Source of the DNA: Stylophora pistillata
Taxonomy: Eukaryota
DNA: 64,000 nucleotides
NCBI RefSeq assembly: GCF_002571385.2
Contig: NW_019217797.1
Location: forward strand, 448,032 to 512,031
Direction of reading: 5' to 3'
Each line of letters begins with the position of its first letter. The stretch's first letter is position 1. The notes below the pieces were generated by a model. It had not been told where the DNA came from, did no database searches, and saw only the letters and a program-made list of their open reading frames with translations. The translations under genes and the position numbers were made by a program. This document shows, in pieces, positions 8,691 to 20,045 of this stretch.

Positions 8691-10917
8691 CCTCTTCGTT
8701 GACAAATCACTGGCTTTTGTTTAAAAGGTTATGTTATCTTTTTTTTTTCAATCAATTACAAAGGTGTCGTGTAAATATTAAAAAAAAAGTCAATTTTAAG
8801 CCAATGAAATAAATTTACAACCTGAATATCACCAGAAAATTTATCAGGGTGGTGATTGGTTTTTTAAATTAATTTTTTTTGTTTTTGCTTGAGTGTCAAT
8901 TCGGTGCGTAAATTGTTATAAAGTAATATAAATGAATTGGAATAAAATGTCGTTTTGGAGAACATTGCGAGCGGCAACAAGCTTCTGTTACTTATGATGG
9001 AACACGATGTCAGAATAGTTATGGTTTTGGTGTAAACTCGATTTCTAATAAATTATTTTCCATGTTAGGGTATAATATTCCCGAAAGTTCTCTTGGCGAC
9101 CCTCTTGAGAAAAAAACAAACACCACGCATATTTTTGTCGATTATATTCACCTAACTTCTCTTTTCATTGGGGGAAATATGTTAGAATGAAAAAAACAAG
9201 CAAACAAACAAACCAAAAACACACAAAAAAAAACCACACACCTTCAAACGAAGATATGACAATCGGATGTTTTTTTACTTCTAGTATCTTGATGAATCCT
9301 ACCGCATAACAACACGTCTGTGGGCATAGCGTCTAAACTTTTATATAGTCATAAATACAGTCATAGACCTTTTTACATGCAATCTAAGAATGGATGCATG
9401 AAATCTGAACATGATCCACTCTCAGCTAGGATAGGAGAATATCAGTTCATATTCTCTTGACTTTTGCCCAATCGTATTACTTTTTGTGATATTTTCCATG
9501 TTGTGTAAAATCATAAGCATCGGAAGGTTGGGGTGGAACTACAGGTGTTGTCATGGAAGAAGTGATTTAACTTATTTGATGCAGATCAAAATGAAATAAA
9601 TGGAGAAAAAAAAAACAGATGAGTAAAACAAAAACCGTTTTGGTTAGACACTGAGTGTAATTTTGATTAAGTCTGGTTATCTTCACGCATCAAACCACAG
9701 TAGCACGCTGATTTTCTCGAACGATTCACAGATTTCCTCAAATTTATAAAACTTTTTTACATCACTGCAAGATACCGAAAGCTCGCTAACACGTTTTCAG
9801 TAACCAATCATAGGGTGCGTTCTAAAACTTCGCAGTACTGTTATTATTATTCGTTCTTAGATGGCCATTCACTTTTAATTTATTTTTCCAATGGAACGTC
9901 GTCACTTGAATAAGAATCATAGATAGTTAGTTGGGTCTGTTCTCCACTAAGTAGTTTATTTTCCTATCATCAGGGCTTAAAGTTCTCATTATTCACGAAA
10001 TAAGCTTTGTCATCCGGCCAAATTTCAGCCCATTCCTAAAGATTTCCGGAGAGGAAGCCGATGAATTTCTGCGTTCTGAATTATTTAGGCTGACTTGAAA
10101 CGCTCTTAATTTTCATAACAGTATCCTACTTCCGTTGTAGACATTTGTACCCTTTCTGTCCAACACAAAAATCTATGTTTATGTAAAGGAAACATCTGGA
10201 AAAGCAGAGAATCCGCTTTGTTTTCTATCTGAACAAGAGAATAAACTGGATAAGGTAGAACTAAAAGGCGATTAGGAAATACTAAGCCATTTTTACGGAA
10301 ATTAGATATTTATGGTAAACAAATTCAAAAATAAAATGCTTGGAATAGACATTTTATTCACTTACATGAATATTTTAAATGTTTTAAAAAGAGTTGGAGT
10401 TGAAGTCAATTGCTCAAACAGCTTATGATTCGTTCCGACATGAAACCTTTTATACTTAAAAACGCTTTTCGTAACTTTTTAGGTTTAAAAGTTCTCACGT
10501 TAGAGCGCATTCTAGCGTGGACTGTACTTAAGACTTCAAAGGAACTGGTAAATTCATAAATGCTATAGAGACAATGATCTCAATAAGAACTCTTAGGCTT
10601 TGTCATGTGCATATTCTACTAGTTTGAAACTTGTCAACTGAGCTAGAAAACTGGCGAAAAACACCTGCATGGCATGGCTGACAGCCTGGCCGTGGTTTTC
10701 GCTCAAGAATTCATTTAGTGTTGAGGATTATCGAAGCTAAAGGTAATTTCCCCTGTTACACTGCCGTAAATTATATTGAATATGCGTCTCTTATATTTCC
10801 CTAAATCACGGAGCTGTTCCCGGTCGCTGTCGTATTTTTGCTGATTACTGAAGTGATTCTTTACATAAACACAACGATAAAGGACTTTAACAAGGACTTT
10901 AGAGAATAAGATTAACG

Positions 10918-10966
10918 TTTTCTGTAAATTTATGGATTAAATTTTTCTGTAAACTTATGGATTAAA
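10918..10966. repeat. Tandem duplication of a 24-bp unit TTTTCTGTAAAYTTATGGATTAAA
   Basis: Two copies (10918-10941 and 10943-10966) with one mismatch. Confidence 0.9.
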
Positions 10967-13045
10967 CTTCAAAGTAATTGGAGCACATTAGTTTTTTTAA
11001 GGGGTCATTATACCATTTGACAGGCACGGCATGCAGAGCTCGAGCGGGACACGGATCGATTAGCAATATGTCCTATATGATTGAGCGCTGTGTAATTCAT
11101 TAAGCTCTAATGAGATGAAATCATAGAGCGATTAAAGCAATGGCTACCGTTTAGCGCATTTCCGGTGGCGCTAAAGCTCTGCCTTTCCCAAGCTTGGTTG
11201 ACTTCGCACAACGCCAATATTTTCTAAAGTTTTCTTGCGGTGAATACTCACGCGATGAATAAATACCCAACTCATTCCATGATCTCAACACAGTTGTTTT
11301 TAATAAACGACCTCTGTGTTTCAGTCAGGTTTGATGGATGGCTGCGTGGCCAAAACAAAAGAACGACGGGAATTGTTCCCGCTGCGGCCCGTATGAAGTT
11401 CTTGCCACCCTCGGCGCCGCACTGTCCGCGCAATGAATGCACCCAGGGTACTGTTTGAAAACAGAGCAAACCATAACAAAAAGGTCAGTCGCTGTTGTCG
11501 AGCTCTAAGCATCGATTCACGGCTTGGAATTGCCAGTAATATCTTAACCGAAAAAATATAATGTAAATGATCCCCAAAAAAGTTTCGGTACATCCTCTGA
11601 TGCAATTTTTTCCTATTATAAACATCAGATTTCTTTCGTTATTGATGTTTAGCTTCCCCTTATCCAGGGTTGTTCTGAAGACTTGCTATGATATTCCCCT
11701 GCAAAGTAGAACTATTAGCGCTTACACACTCAAAATTTATTTTAAATCAAAAACCCTAAGTAATGTTCTCAAAATAGTTTATTTCGATCAGCGACGGTCA
11801 TTGGTTATTTTTTTTTTAAAAATCTATTTTTTTTACCGCAAGACATTTCAGGTTGTCGGCGCTACACGCGCTCGACTATAGTCTCCTTACTCATTAGTTT
11901 TCACACATGATTAACGGCTATTCACACTATTTCCAGGACAACTAGTCTCCTCAGACAACTAAAAATTACCGCCACACTTCTTTGGAGTCTCAGAGGAAAC
12001 ACTCCGTCTTCCCCAAAATGTTCTTGCTCCTGTCAAAAACTGGGACATCTTACAAGTTTCCACTCTTCCTTTTTTTTACTTGTTATGCAGCCTTTCATTA
12101 TAGTCAACCGTTAAAAAACTGAGTGAATAAGTAAATAAATTTAGCTCCCGTTGTCCAAATTAGCACTAAATTTGTTCAGGAGTTCGATAATTTATATTAC
12201 AAACAAGCTGGATTGAGCGCTCATTGAATTAGGTGACATTTGAAAATGAACATGCAAGCCACTTTATTGATTTATGAATTACGCGCCAGGTTCAGAATAA
12301 ATGTCTAAGTCTTCTTTCTTCGATCACAAGTTATTAAAGATGTTGTTTGAATAGCTGAACTGAGTTTAGATCTATATCTTCTTTTAATAACAGTCATTAA
12401 TTATAATTTTAGACCAAAAGAAAACTTTTTTGTTGTGTTCTGCAGTTTTCATTTGCACGCGCCATTTCAGAGCATTCTTTTGGTTTCCGATTATTGGTAA
12501 GGGAGGGTCTTTTATTATCCACACACACACCGCTCTTGCTAACAACCAGCTGTGACAACTGGAACCTCTCCAATGGAGACAACGATTAGTTATAGACATT
12601 TTTAGCCTTTCTATTCTGTACAAAAATCCGCCCTTTTAAACATATATTAACTGTTTCTCGGTTGTAAGATTGGGGAGCAGCAAAAATAATGCTTTGACGA
12701 TATTCCTCTCTCCATTAAGTGGCACCATGCATTTCCAAAAATGCAGATGATATGCTATTTCTTTTTTAAAATTATGATGTGCTAAAATTTTTACCTCCTT
12801 TTGTCAAATCCTCGTGCGCCCAGCAAGGCCACCCGTCCGAAAATTCACGAAACTAGAATCAGCATTTATTGCGATATGAAAGAGATAAGAAATTTGTTAC
12901 AATGAATTTCATTTAACTCAAATATTCGGTTTTTGTTTTCCACGCCTTTATAATTTATCTACGAAGAGATGAAATGAGGGCTTTTAATTAAATTTATCAC
13001 CCGTTTGTGTTACCTCTTTCGGTCGGTTGCACGCGCAGCATCGAC

Positions 13046-13150
13046 GGCGCCAGCAGTTTACCAAGTCAGCATAGTGATGACGTCACACATTTGTTAAGGA
13101 GCCAATCATGTAATTAATCTGGCTATCTAATTATGGCACTAAATTATGAC
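13046..13150 (+). promoter_or_regulatory. Candidate proximal promoter of the Anthox1a-like gene
   Basis: GGCGCC 13046-13051, full CRE TGACGTCA 13078-13085, CCAAT 13102-13106 and several TAAT/TTAT homeodomain cores, within 200 bp of the ATG. Confidence 0.4.
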
Positions 13151-13242
13151 CACAGCGAGGGAGAATATTTCTCTCGCCAAACTGGTGCCCTAGTCATTCC
13201 TATCTTGAGTCACTCGCTTGAACACAACGGCGCGAGCGTAAT

Positions 13243-14214
13243 ATGGACTGCTTTTACCAAGCAAATCAGAGAATTCGTCCACCCCCGTACTTCAACACTT
13301 CACCGATCATGTATGGTTATGGTGTTCCTTCTTACTATTCTCCGCCGTTTTGTCCTCTAAATCGCAACTCTCAGGTCCACAGGCCGCCAATAATATCTAC
13401 GAGCCCTCCTCTTAGCATTGCAAATTCAGTGACAAACTCTGAAAGCAGCACCAGTCCTCTTTCGGTCGGCTCTCAAACTCCGCCTGAGTCACCCGGCGAA
13501 AATTCTACAGATACACAAGAATCATCTGAAATTCACGACGAAGTTTGCCAATCAGCCAAAGATGCCAGCGAATCAGAAGAGAAAACAGGTGAGCAGACGG
13601 AAGCTTTTGTTGCTAAAAAGACGATGAGTCAAGTTCAGCGCATCTAAGTAGATAAGTTTCAGGAAACGTTCAATGGTCTACTCGAAGTTTGAACGAATTT
13701 GAGAGCGCAATCATTTCAATTACTTACGGGTCAACTATAATAAAGATTATAATTAACCAAACGCAAAAAAAGTATTTAAAACCCTCGGCATCAGTTAAGC
13801 GTGCAAATAAAAAGGTAACTCCGAAATCTGAACTCGTTACATTTACGTCCAATATTATTTGAATCAAAAACTGTTTTTTCTTCTTTTGGGAGAACTTGCC
13901 TTTATCGATGAAATTCAACTTTATTTAAATATTTAGACGGTGAAGACGACAAAGATGTGCCCTGGCATTATAAACAACCTTTCAAGCATCGCCGACGCGT
14001 GGCCTACAAGAGAAATCAAATTCTGGAATTAGAAAAAGAATTTCACTTCACGAGGTATCTTACGAAGGAGAGACGTTCAGAAATGGCCACGATGTTGCAG
14101 CTCTCTGAAAGACAAATCAAAATTTGGTTTCAAAATCGACGTATGAAATGGAAAAAGGACAACAAACCAGTGATTCCTACAAGCAGAGGAATGCGGCGAG
14201 GATGTACAAGATAG
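13243..14214 (+). CDS. Anthox1a: Hox protein Anthox1a/HoxE-like, join(13243..13588,13937..14214), 207 aa; homeobox 13984-14163
   Basis: Donor CAG|GTGAGC and acceptor TTTAG|AC join in frame (phase 1). Homeodomain [58 protein letters not shown] is Anthox1-type (HRxRxAY, FTRYLT.ERR). Position next to Anthox7/8 and Evx favours 1a over Anthox1. Confidence 0.88.
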
Positions 14215-17200
14215 GCGAGCTACACACGTTTATAGATAATCAATTATAATTTGTTGTAATCCTTTTTCTGTAGACTTGAAGGTGTATAAAAATTTCTTTT
14301 CCTATACGTCGGACAAATGGGGCGTTAGACAGCCATCGAAGTGTTACAATTTGCGGCGAAAGGTTTATCCTGTCACATTTGCAATCTTTGTCTCTCTTTG
14401 TCTGCATGCTTAACATAACCTAACCTCGACCTTCTTCACAAGTTCTTCACGACCAAACAAGCACTGAAAGATTGTACAGTTGTAAATTATTGCAAAACAT
14501 AAAAACTGGTTCAGGAATTCACTCAGACAGCGATGGGTTACAAATGAGGTGTTAAGCCGATTCGTCTAAACAGAGACGCGAAGGCACTTCCACTTCGTCC
14601 CTTCGAACGTTTTGTTTCTCGACAAACAATCTTTCCGATTCATGGAATCTTCAAAGAATATTCAACTTAGTATCCTTGGTTTTTATCTTACAATACAATA
14701 TTCTTAATTCTTAATTCAATTATTAATCATATTCGTCGTTTTATCCAATGTCGGCGTGCAAGGCGGCATTTTAGTCAAGGAAAGTTCTGTTAAATTTCTC
14801 ATAACTTTACTCTTTAGTGAGATTAAGATCTCCAGTGGTTAAAAACGCTTTTCAAACGCAAAACTCCATTCATCGAGATTTCTTTCACTTGTAAGTATAT
14901 ATTTAAGAGGTTTTGTGAAAGAGCGTTTTCATTGTCACAATAAATTTATGATCGCAAAAGTCTGGCTTCAGTAGTGTACTTTACTCGCGGCGCGGAGTTT
15001 TAGTGGAAGTACACTCGAGTGGGATAATATGATGTGCTTCCTGTTTGTAAAGCGTTCTTTAAACTTGGCAAATGCAAACGTGGCACTGATGAAATTCACT
15101 ATCTTGCTGGGCGGGTTGTGGTCTTCTCTTTGTATTCATTTGGAAGCAGACGGAAAATTACAATAGAATCTTCGTCAGTGGCAAAAAGTGCCCGTGCACG
15201 AAAACGGCCTCACTTTTTGTCACAAAAACTAAGTAATTCTGACTGAAGTTTGCATGGTTATTGATTTTATTTTATCAGTTAGGGTATCAAAAATTATTTC
15301 CCTGGCTACATTTTTATAAATGAATAACTGTGGAAAAGACACTCAAGCGTTTGTTCGTGATTATCGATGGCGGTGTTATGATGAAGCCATGTTCCTAGGT
15401 CACCGAGCGGTAAATACATTGTAAAGTTATATGTTTGATTAAGCAAATTATTTAATAAAAACAATTAATAGAACGGCACATTTATGCCTGCAAGGCAAAA
15501 CGACAAATTTGCATGAATAAGATCGATAAAGATCAAGGGCTTTTCTTTAAACAAACTTCGACAATAACAGCGACAATACTTCTTCACCACCAAGTTGGAG
15601 GGTTTGTGTGTAATCTCCGACCAACTGCAACTTATTTTTATAACTTTAGCCGCCTTTTGACCATTATTTCTGAAGCAAAACAACCCTTTGTCCTTTGATA
15701 TAGAACATATGCATGGTTTGATTGTTTTAGACCAAGCAGATTTATTCTTTGTTTAGTAAATCACGTCAACCTTTAGTGAAAACGACAGCATACTTTCGTT
15801 CAAAACAAAGATAATTTCACTCAACCATAAATTATAAGTGACACTTCTGAATAACATCTTTTTCTGGATAAAGAGTAACGCTGCCTTATTTTTCTGTCTA
15901 AAGTCTTCAGTAAATGGGCCAGTCGTCTTTCGTAAGCAAGTATTGCCAAGTGGTGTTTGAAACGTGCGCTAAGGTGTTATTAATGCCTTCATTGTTTTCT
16001 TTCATCTAAAAGAGCCGATCAAATTTTCGGTTCAGCTGCGCAGAGTTTTATACTAAAAATCCTTTATTCAACTGCTTTCTAAGTTCGAGAGAAAAAGCTT
16101 TCTTTCTCTGAACCGATAGTGAACTAAGTTTGACTGAATATCCACCGCTTTCTCTATTAATTCAGACGGTGTAATACTGACAGCAATCATTTGCTTATTG
16201 AAACATCTCAGTCCTCTATGATTCTTAAAAATGTGTCAATCAGGGAATCGATTCAAATAATTTCCCCTCAATTCCTACTGTGCAAAAAACTATGCGTTTA
16301 ATGAGAGTGCGGCAATAAAAAAATGTGCCTGTGTTTTGTGAGGAACCTATCGTAAATTTCTCTTTCATGCAAGAGGTTACTTCGTATACGATGTCTTTTT
16401 TTCACACGCGGTAACATTATGGAACTTAAGTTGTAACTGGCTCCCGCATGACGGAAAAATTCACTTTCTTTGCCATTGAAACCGATTAACAGCTCCTTTA
16501 ACAAACGTAATTATCCGTAAACAAAATCTCTACCGAGGTGTGAAAAATGTCAGCTTCGCTAAGGAGGTCATCTCCGACAGCACACACCATTTCAAGTTTA
16601 TCTGCTCATTCGTGCACCGAATGTCCTTATCGTGTTTGATTATGTTAGTAACTGTCATATTTTAGAGTTCTATTCGGTTCAAGCTGAATGTTTCCCGATT
16701 AGAGTTAGCTACATTTAGAGAAGGATTTACTTTTTTCTCGATCGGGACATTTTCCCTTGGATATCGAGTACAGAGTTGTTCTAGATTTCCGATTTCATGC
16801 CCCAACGTACAAACTTTCTGTGCGTCCGAATTGCTGAGTTACAACTCGTGCAACTCAGTAATAGAAGAAACACTTGTCGTGCTTCCAACAGAGTCGGGAA
16901 AAACTTCACAATTGGAAAACTACGGCGAATTTGGAGTACACATCAACAATTTGCTTATAGTGTTCGCAATTTTTTGTGAAGCGATCGCCTTGTGTACTTT
17001 TGCGAAACCTTTAATTCTATTTCTGTTTCACACTTTGGCTGTGTAATCTCTAATATATTTTCATTGCACTGAAAGGAAAACTTGACATTAAATAAACTAC
17101 TTTAATCAGTTCCGTGGGTTTCTCATTCTCCTTTAGACCAAAATAGTGGCCAGTTCTTTCTCGATGAGATTTAACGAACGATTGTTTTCTAAAAAAAACG

Positions 17201-19225
17201 CAACCATGCACAAGATTGATCTACGCGTTGAAATATAGCTGCAGTAGGATTGAAATAATTACGTTTAATTTAAGTTAAAAAAAAAGGAAGTCTGTGCAGG
17301 TGTGATAAAATATTCTCTACCCGGTGATCAGAAATCAATCAGTCGCAAGAAAACATAAAAAAAACCTTTGAGATGGCACGCCCAATATGATAATCGAATG
17401 TCGAAGGATTAACAAGGAAAGGAATCAGTAATGGAAGTCATGAGTGATACCGCTAACTCTTATGTTACAGGCAACAAACTTGATGCCAATTTTATCAGTG
17501 CTAACTATAAAGTAACATTACCTTTACAGATTTTTCCTATTTTCACTTTATAAAGTTTCGCCATTAATTGTCTTACCCGGAGAAGATGAGAAAAAGCTGT
17601 GAATAGTTCAACCGCACGCGAAAATAGCGAGAGGATTGTGCTGTATCGTGTACCAAGATGCGAAGAAATGCTCGTATAAGTTTCACTTCCTACTGCGTGT
17701 TTTATTCATAGGTTTAACCCTCAAAGGGCGATTTAAAGTACCTTGAAGTCAAAACCATATTTTACGTCGACCAAACGTCACAGTTTTTGACCCAGAGACA
17801 TACTTTACATAGAGAACTGACTGTGTAGTGCCAAACTGTCAATCCATTATTGAATTTCATAAATTGGATTTCTTACATCACGAAATGGATTTACCTTTGA
17901 AGCGGAAAGATTTGTGAAAATTTTTCCTTTGAAGAATTTCAATCCTGTGTAGGACGCTATAGTAAACGATGTAATACTGTAACAAACAACCACTCAACAT
18001 AATTAGCCGTTCCTTAAAGTTTTCAGACTAAGGTCTTTGCACCCCCACTGAAATTGTCCCCAAAAAAGAAGGATCTCAGTGCTATCGACATTTTTCGACC
18101 GTTTAAATGTTTGTTTTACGACTATTTTGCTGTGATATTTTAATTTGTTTAGGTTTTGATCGCCGCAACTCGAATCTTCCGTAAGAAACACTGCCCCAGA
18201 TTTCAAGTTTGTTTGGAGCCGATAAAACCAAAGTCACTTTAGTAAAGTACACGAAACAGAGAAATATAGAGTAGAGTTCAAGAAAACAGTCAAATGATAA
18301 ATCATTCATTGGACAGTTTGGTTGCTTGGTATTTCGATGTCAATCAATACTGGCTTCGTATTTTGTTGAAAAATAGGAATAATTTTTGAACTGTTGTTTT
18401 CTATTTTTGGGCCAGATGTCTAATCGCGGAAAATAGTGTTTTACGAGATTTTCTCACGGATGTTATGAGTTAAAATCATTTTATTTCTAAGGGAAAAGTT
18501 TTAGTTGCTCACGATCGTTCAATATTTTGTTGGTAAAATGATATTTATCTAAGTATTTACTTTCCTGTGTTGTAAGTAGTATTTAAGGTATTGCGTTTGA
18601 CGCGCATGTCATCTCAAGGTAATTCGTTTGATTTATGATTTTACTTGGCTGGAAATCTGTCTCTACGTGGGACTAGACTAAAAGTCTCCCTTGCACGTAT
18701 GCTTTTCGCATTATTCTAGCCTAACTCGCCGTGAAAAACTACCTGTGAAGCACGATAAGTGGATGTTGTGCCAATTACCGCAGTGGAAAACATGAACGTT
18801 TTCTAACAAGGTGTAAAAGGAGGCGCGTGCATTCAACCGTTTTCGAACGGTTGTTTATGAAATGGAAGGTGTTAGGACACGCGAGTCTCCCTGTAAACAG
18901 GTAAATCTTCATCTACACACATTTCCATGATGCCTACTTTGGTTAATTATACAGTTAGTTGTTGTAGTAATTATCTTCGGTGGTACTGACTGGGGTCGAA
19001 GACACCTCAGTAGGATAATAGAGTGTCGGCAAAATCTTCTAATTTAATTATTTTTCCAATCACTCAATATTCCTTTCAGATTTGTAGTGATATACTTATG
19101 GTCAGAGAGAGATTTTCAATTTAATGGACAACGCTTGAGATAGCAACCAAGTTAATAGTATAATGAGTCTTTGTTCCTTCAGCTGTCTCTGCCTATTGGC
19201 CTCATTGTTTATTTAGCCCAAGACC

Positions 19226-19432
19226 GAGGGTCGCAATGAGGTTAACCGATAAAACTGCCGAAATATTTAGCCGTTAGGCGTAAATATTGAAAAATTTTAA
19301 CCAGAAGTCGTAAAAAAATATAACCATAAAAAAGTTTCTGGTGACAACAATGGAATGATGATAAACGTAAGCCGTAAAATAGCCAAAATTTTAACAGTTA
19401 GCGGTGAAAGCCCTCACGCCATTGAGACCCTC
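19226..19432. mobile_element. MITE with GAGGGTCTCAATG-type TIRs
   Basis: GAGGGTCGCAATG ... CATTGAGACCCTC (12/13 inverted match), with internal AGCCGTAAAA-like subrepeats. Related copy at 44652-44738. No clear TSD. Confidence 0.7.
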
Positions 19433-19924
19433 AAGGTAATGGATGAAACCTTGCTCAATTGTCTTTCAGCAGCGCTTACACTCTCATTCTTTAAACTTGT
19501 GTTTCAAACCTTTGCACTGTACAAGCTTCAAATTTGGTTTATCTGACATTATTTGAAAATACACTTGCTGGCAAAAAACAAGAACAATTTAGGAACTTGG
19601 TCTCTTTTTGCTGGATAAAACTTTTTACATGTGTTCTAAGATTCGTGTACTTTATATCGTTTGGGGTCCACGTCTTGGTCCTATTGCAATTCTTTTCTAA
19701 CATGCTCAGGTAGAAAGCAACTCTACTGGGTGAACGAACGTTAGCTGCTGCTTCCAATTTTTTTTCGCATATGATATCATGTGGGAACTGTACATTTGTA
19801 CGTTTAAGTTGTATTAAAAAAAATCAAATATCTTTATTGGAATAAAACAGAACTTAAAGGCTGGCGTAAGCCTTTAATGTTAGACGGACCGTTATCAATT
19901 CTCTTTAAAAAAGTTGTGAACAAA

Positions 19925-19992
19925 ATAATTGGTTATATCAACTAAGTTGAAATTTTAAATTAACCACCGTAACGAATAAAAAAGTTGACGTT

Positions 19993-20024
<32 letters not shown>

Positions 20025-20045
20025 GGAATTGTGGATTGTAAGTGG
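19925..20045 (-). mobile_element. Short terminal fragment of a Penelope-like element (boundaries approximate)
   Basis: Carries a minimal hammerhead followed by TTACGGTGG and a TCAACT-A-AGTTGA hairpin; no coding remnant. Confidence 0.55.
19984..20021 (-). ncRNA. Minimal type I hammerhead ribozyme (stem I weakened)
   Basis: - strand: AUUCGCU-CUGACGA-A-GGGC(uaac)GCUC-GAAA-CG-UC^-AAC. Core intact, stem III reduced to palindromic ACGU, stem I GCU/AAC has a mismatch. Confidence 0.75.

Noticed and set aside
13133-13360. Upstream overlapping out-of-frame ORF at Anthox1a (possible uORF)
   Set aside because: Its ATG lies among the promoter motifs and probably upstream of the TSS; untestable from sequence alone.
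13589-13647. ORF-track extensions of the exon-1 frames past the donors (also 23925-23971 and 50221-50357) and upstream of the acceptor (24719-24785)
   Set aside because: Intron read-through; consensus splice sites give in-frame joins to the homeobox exons.
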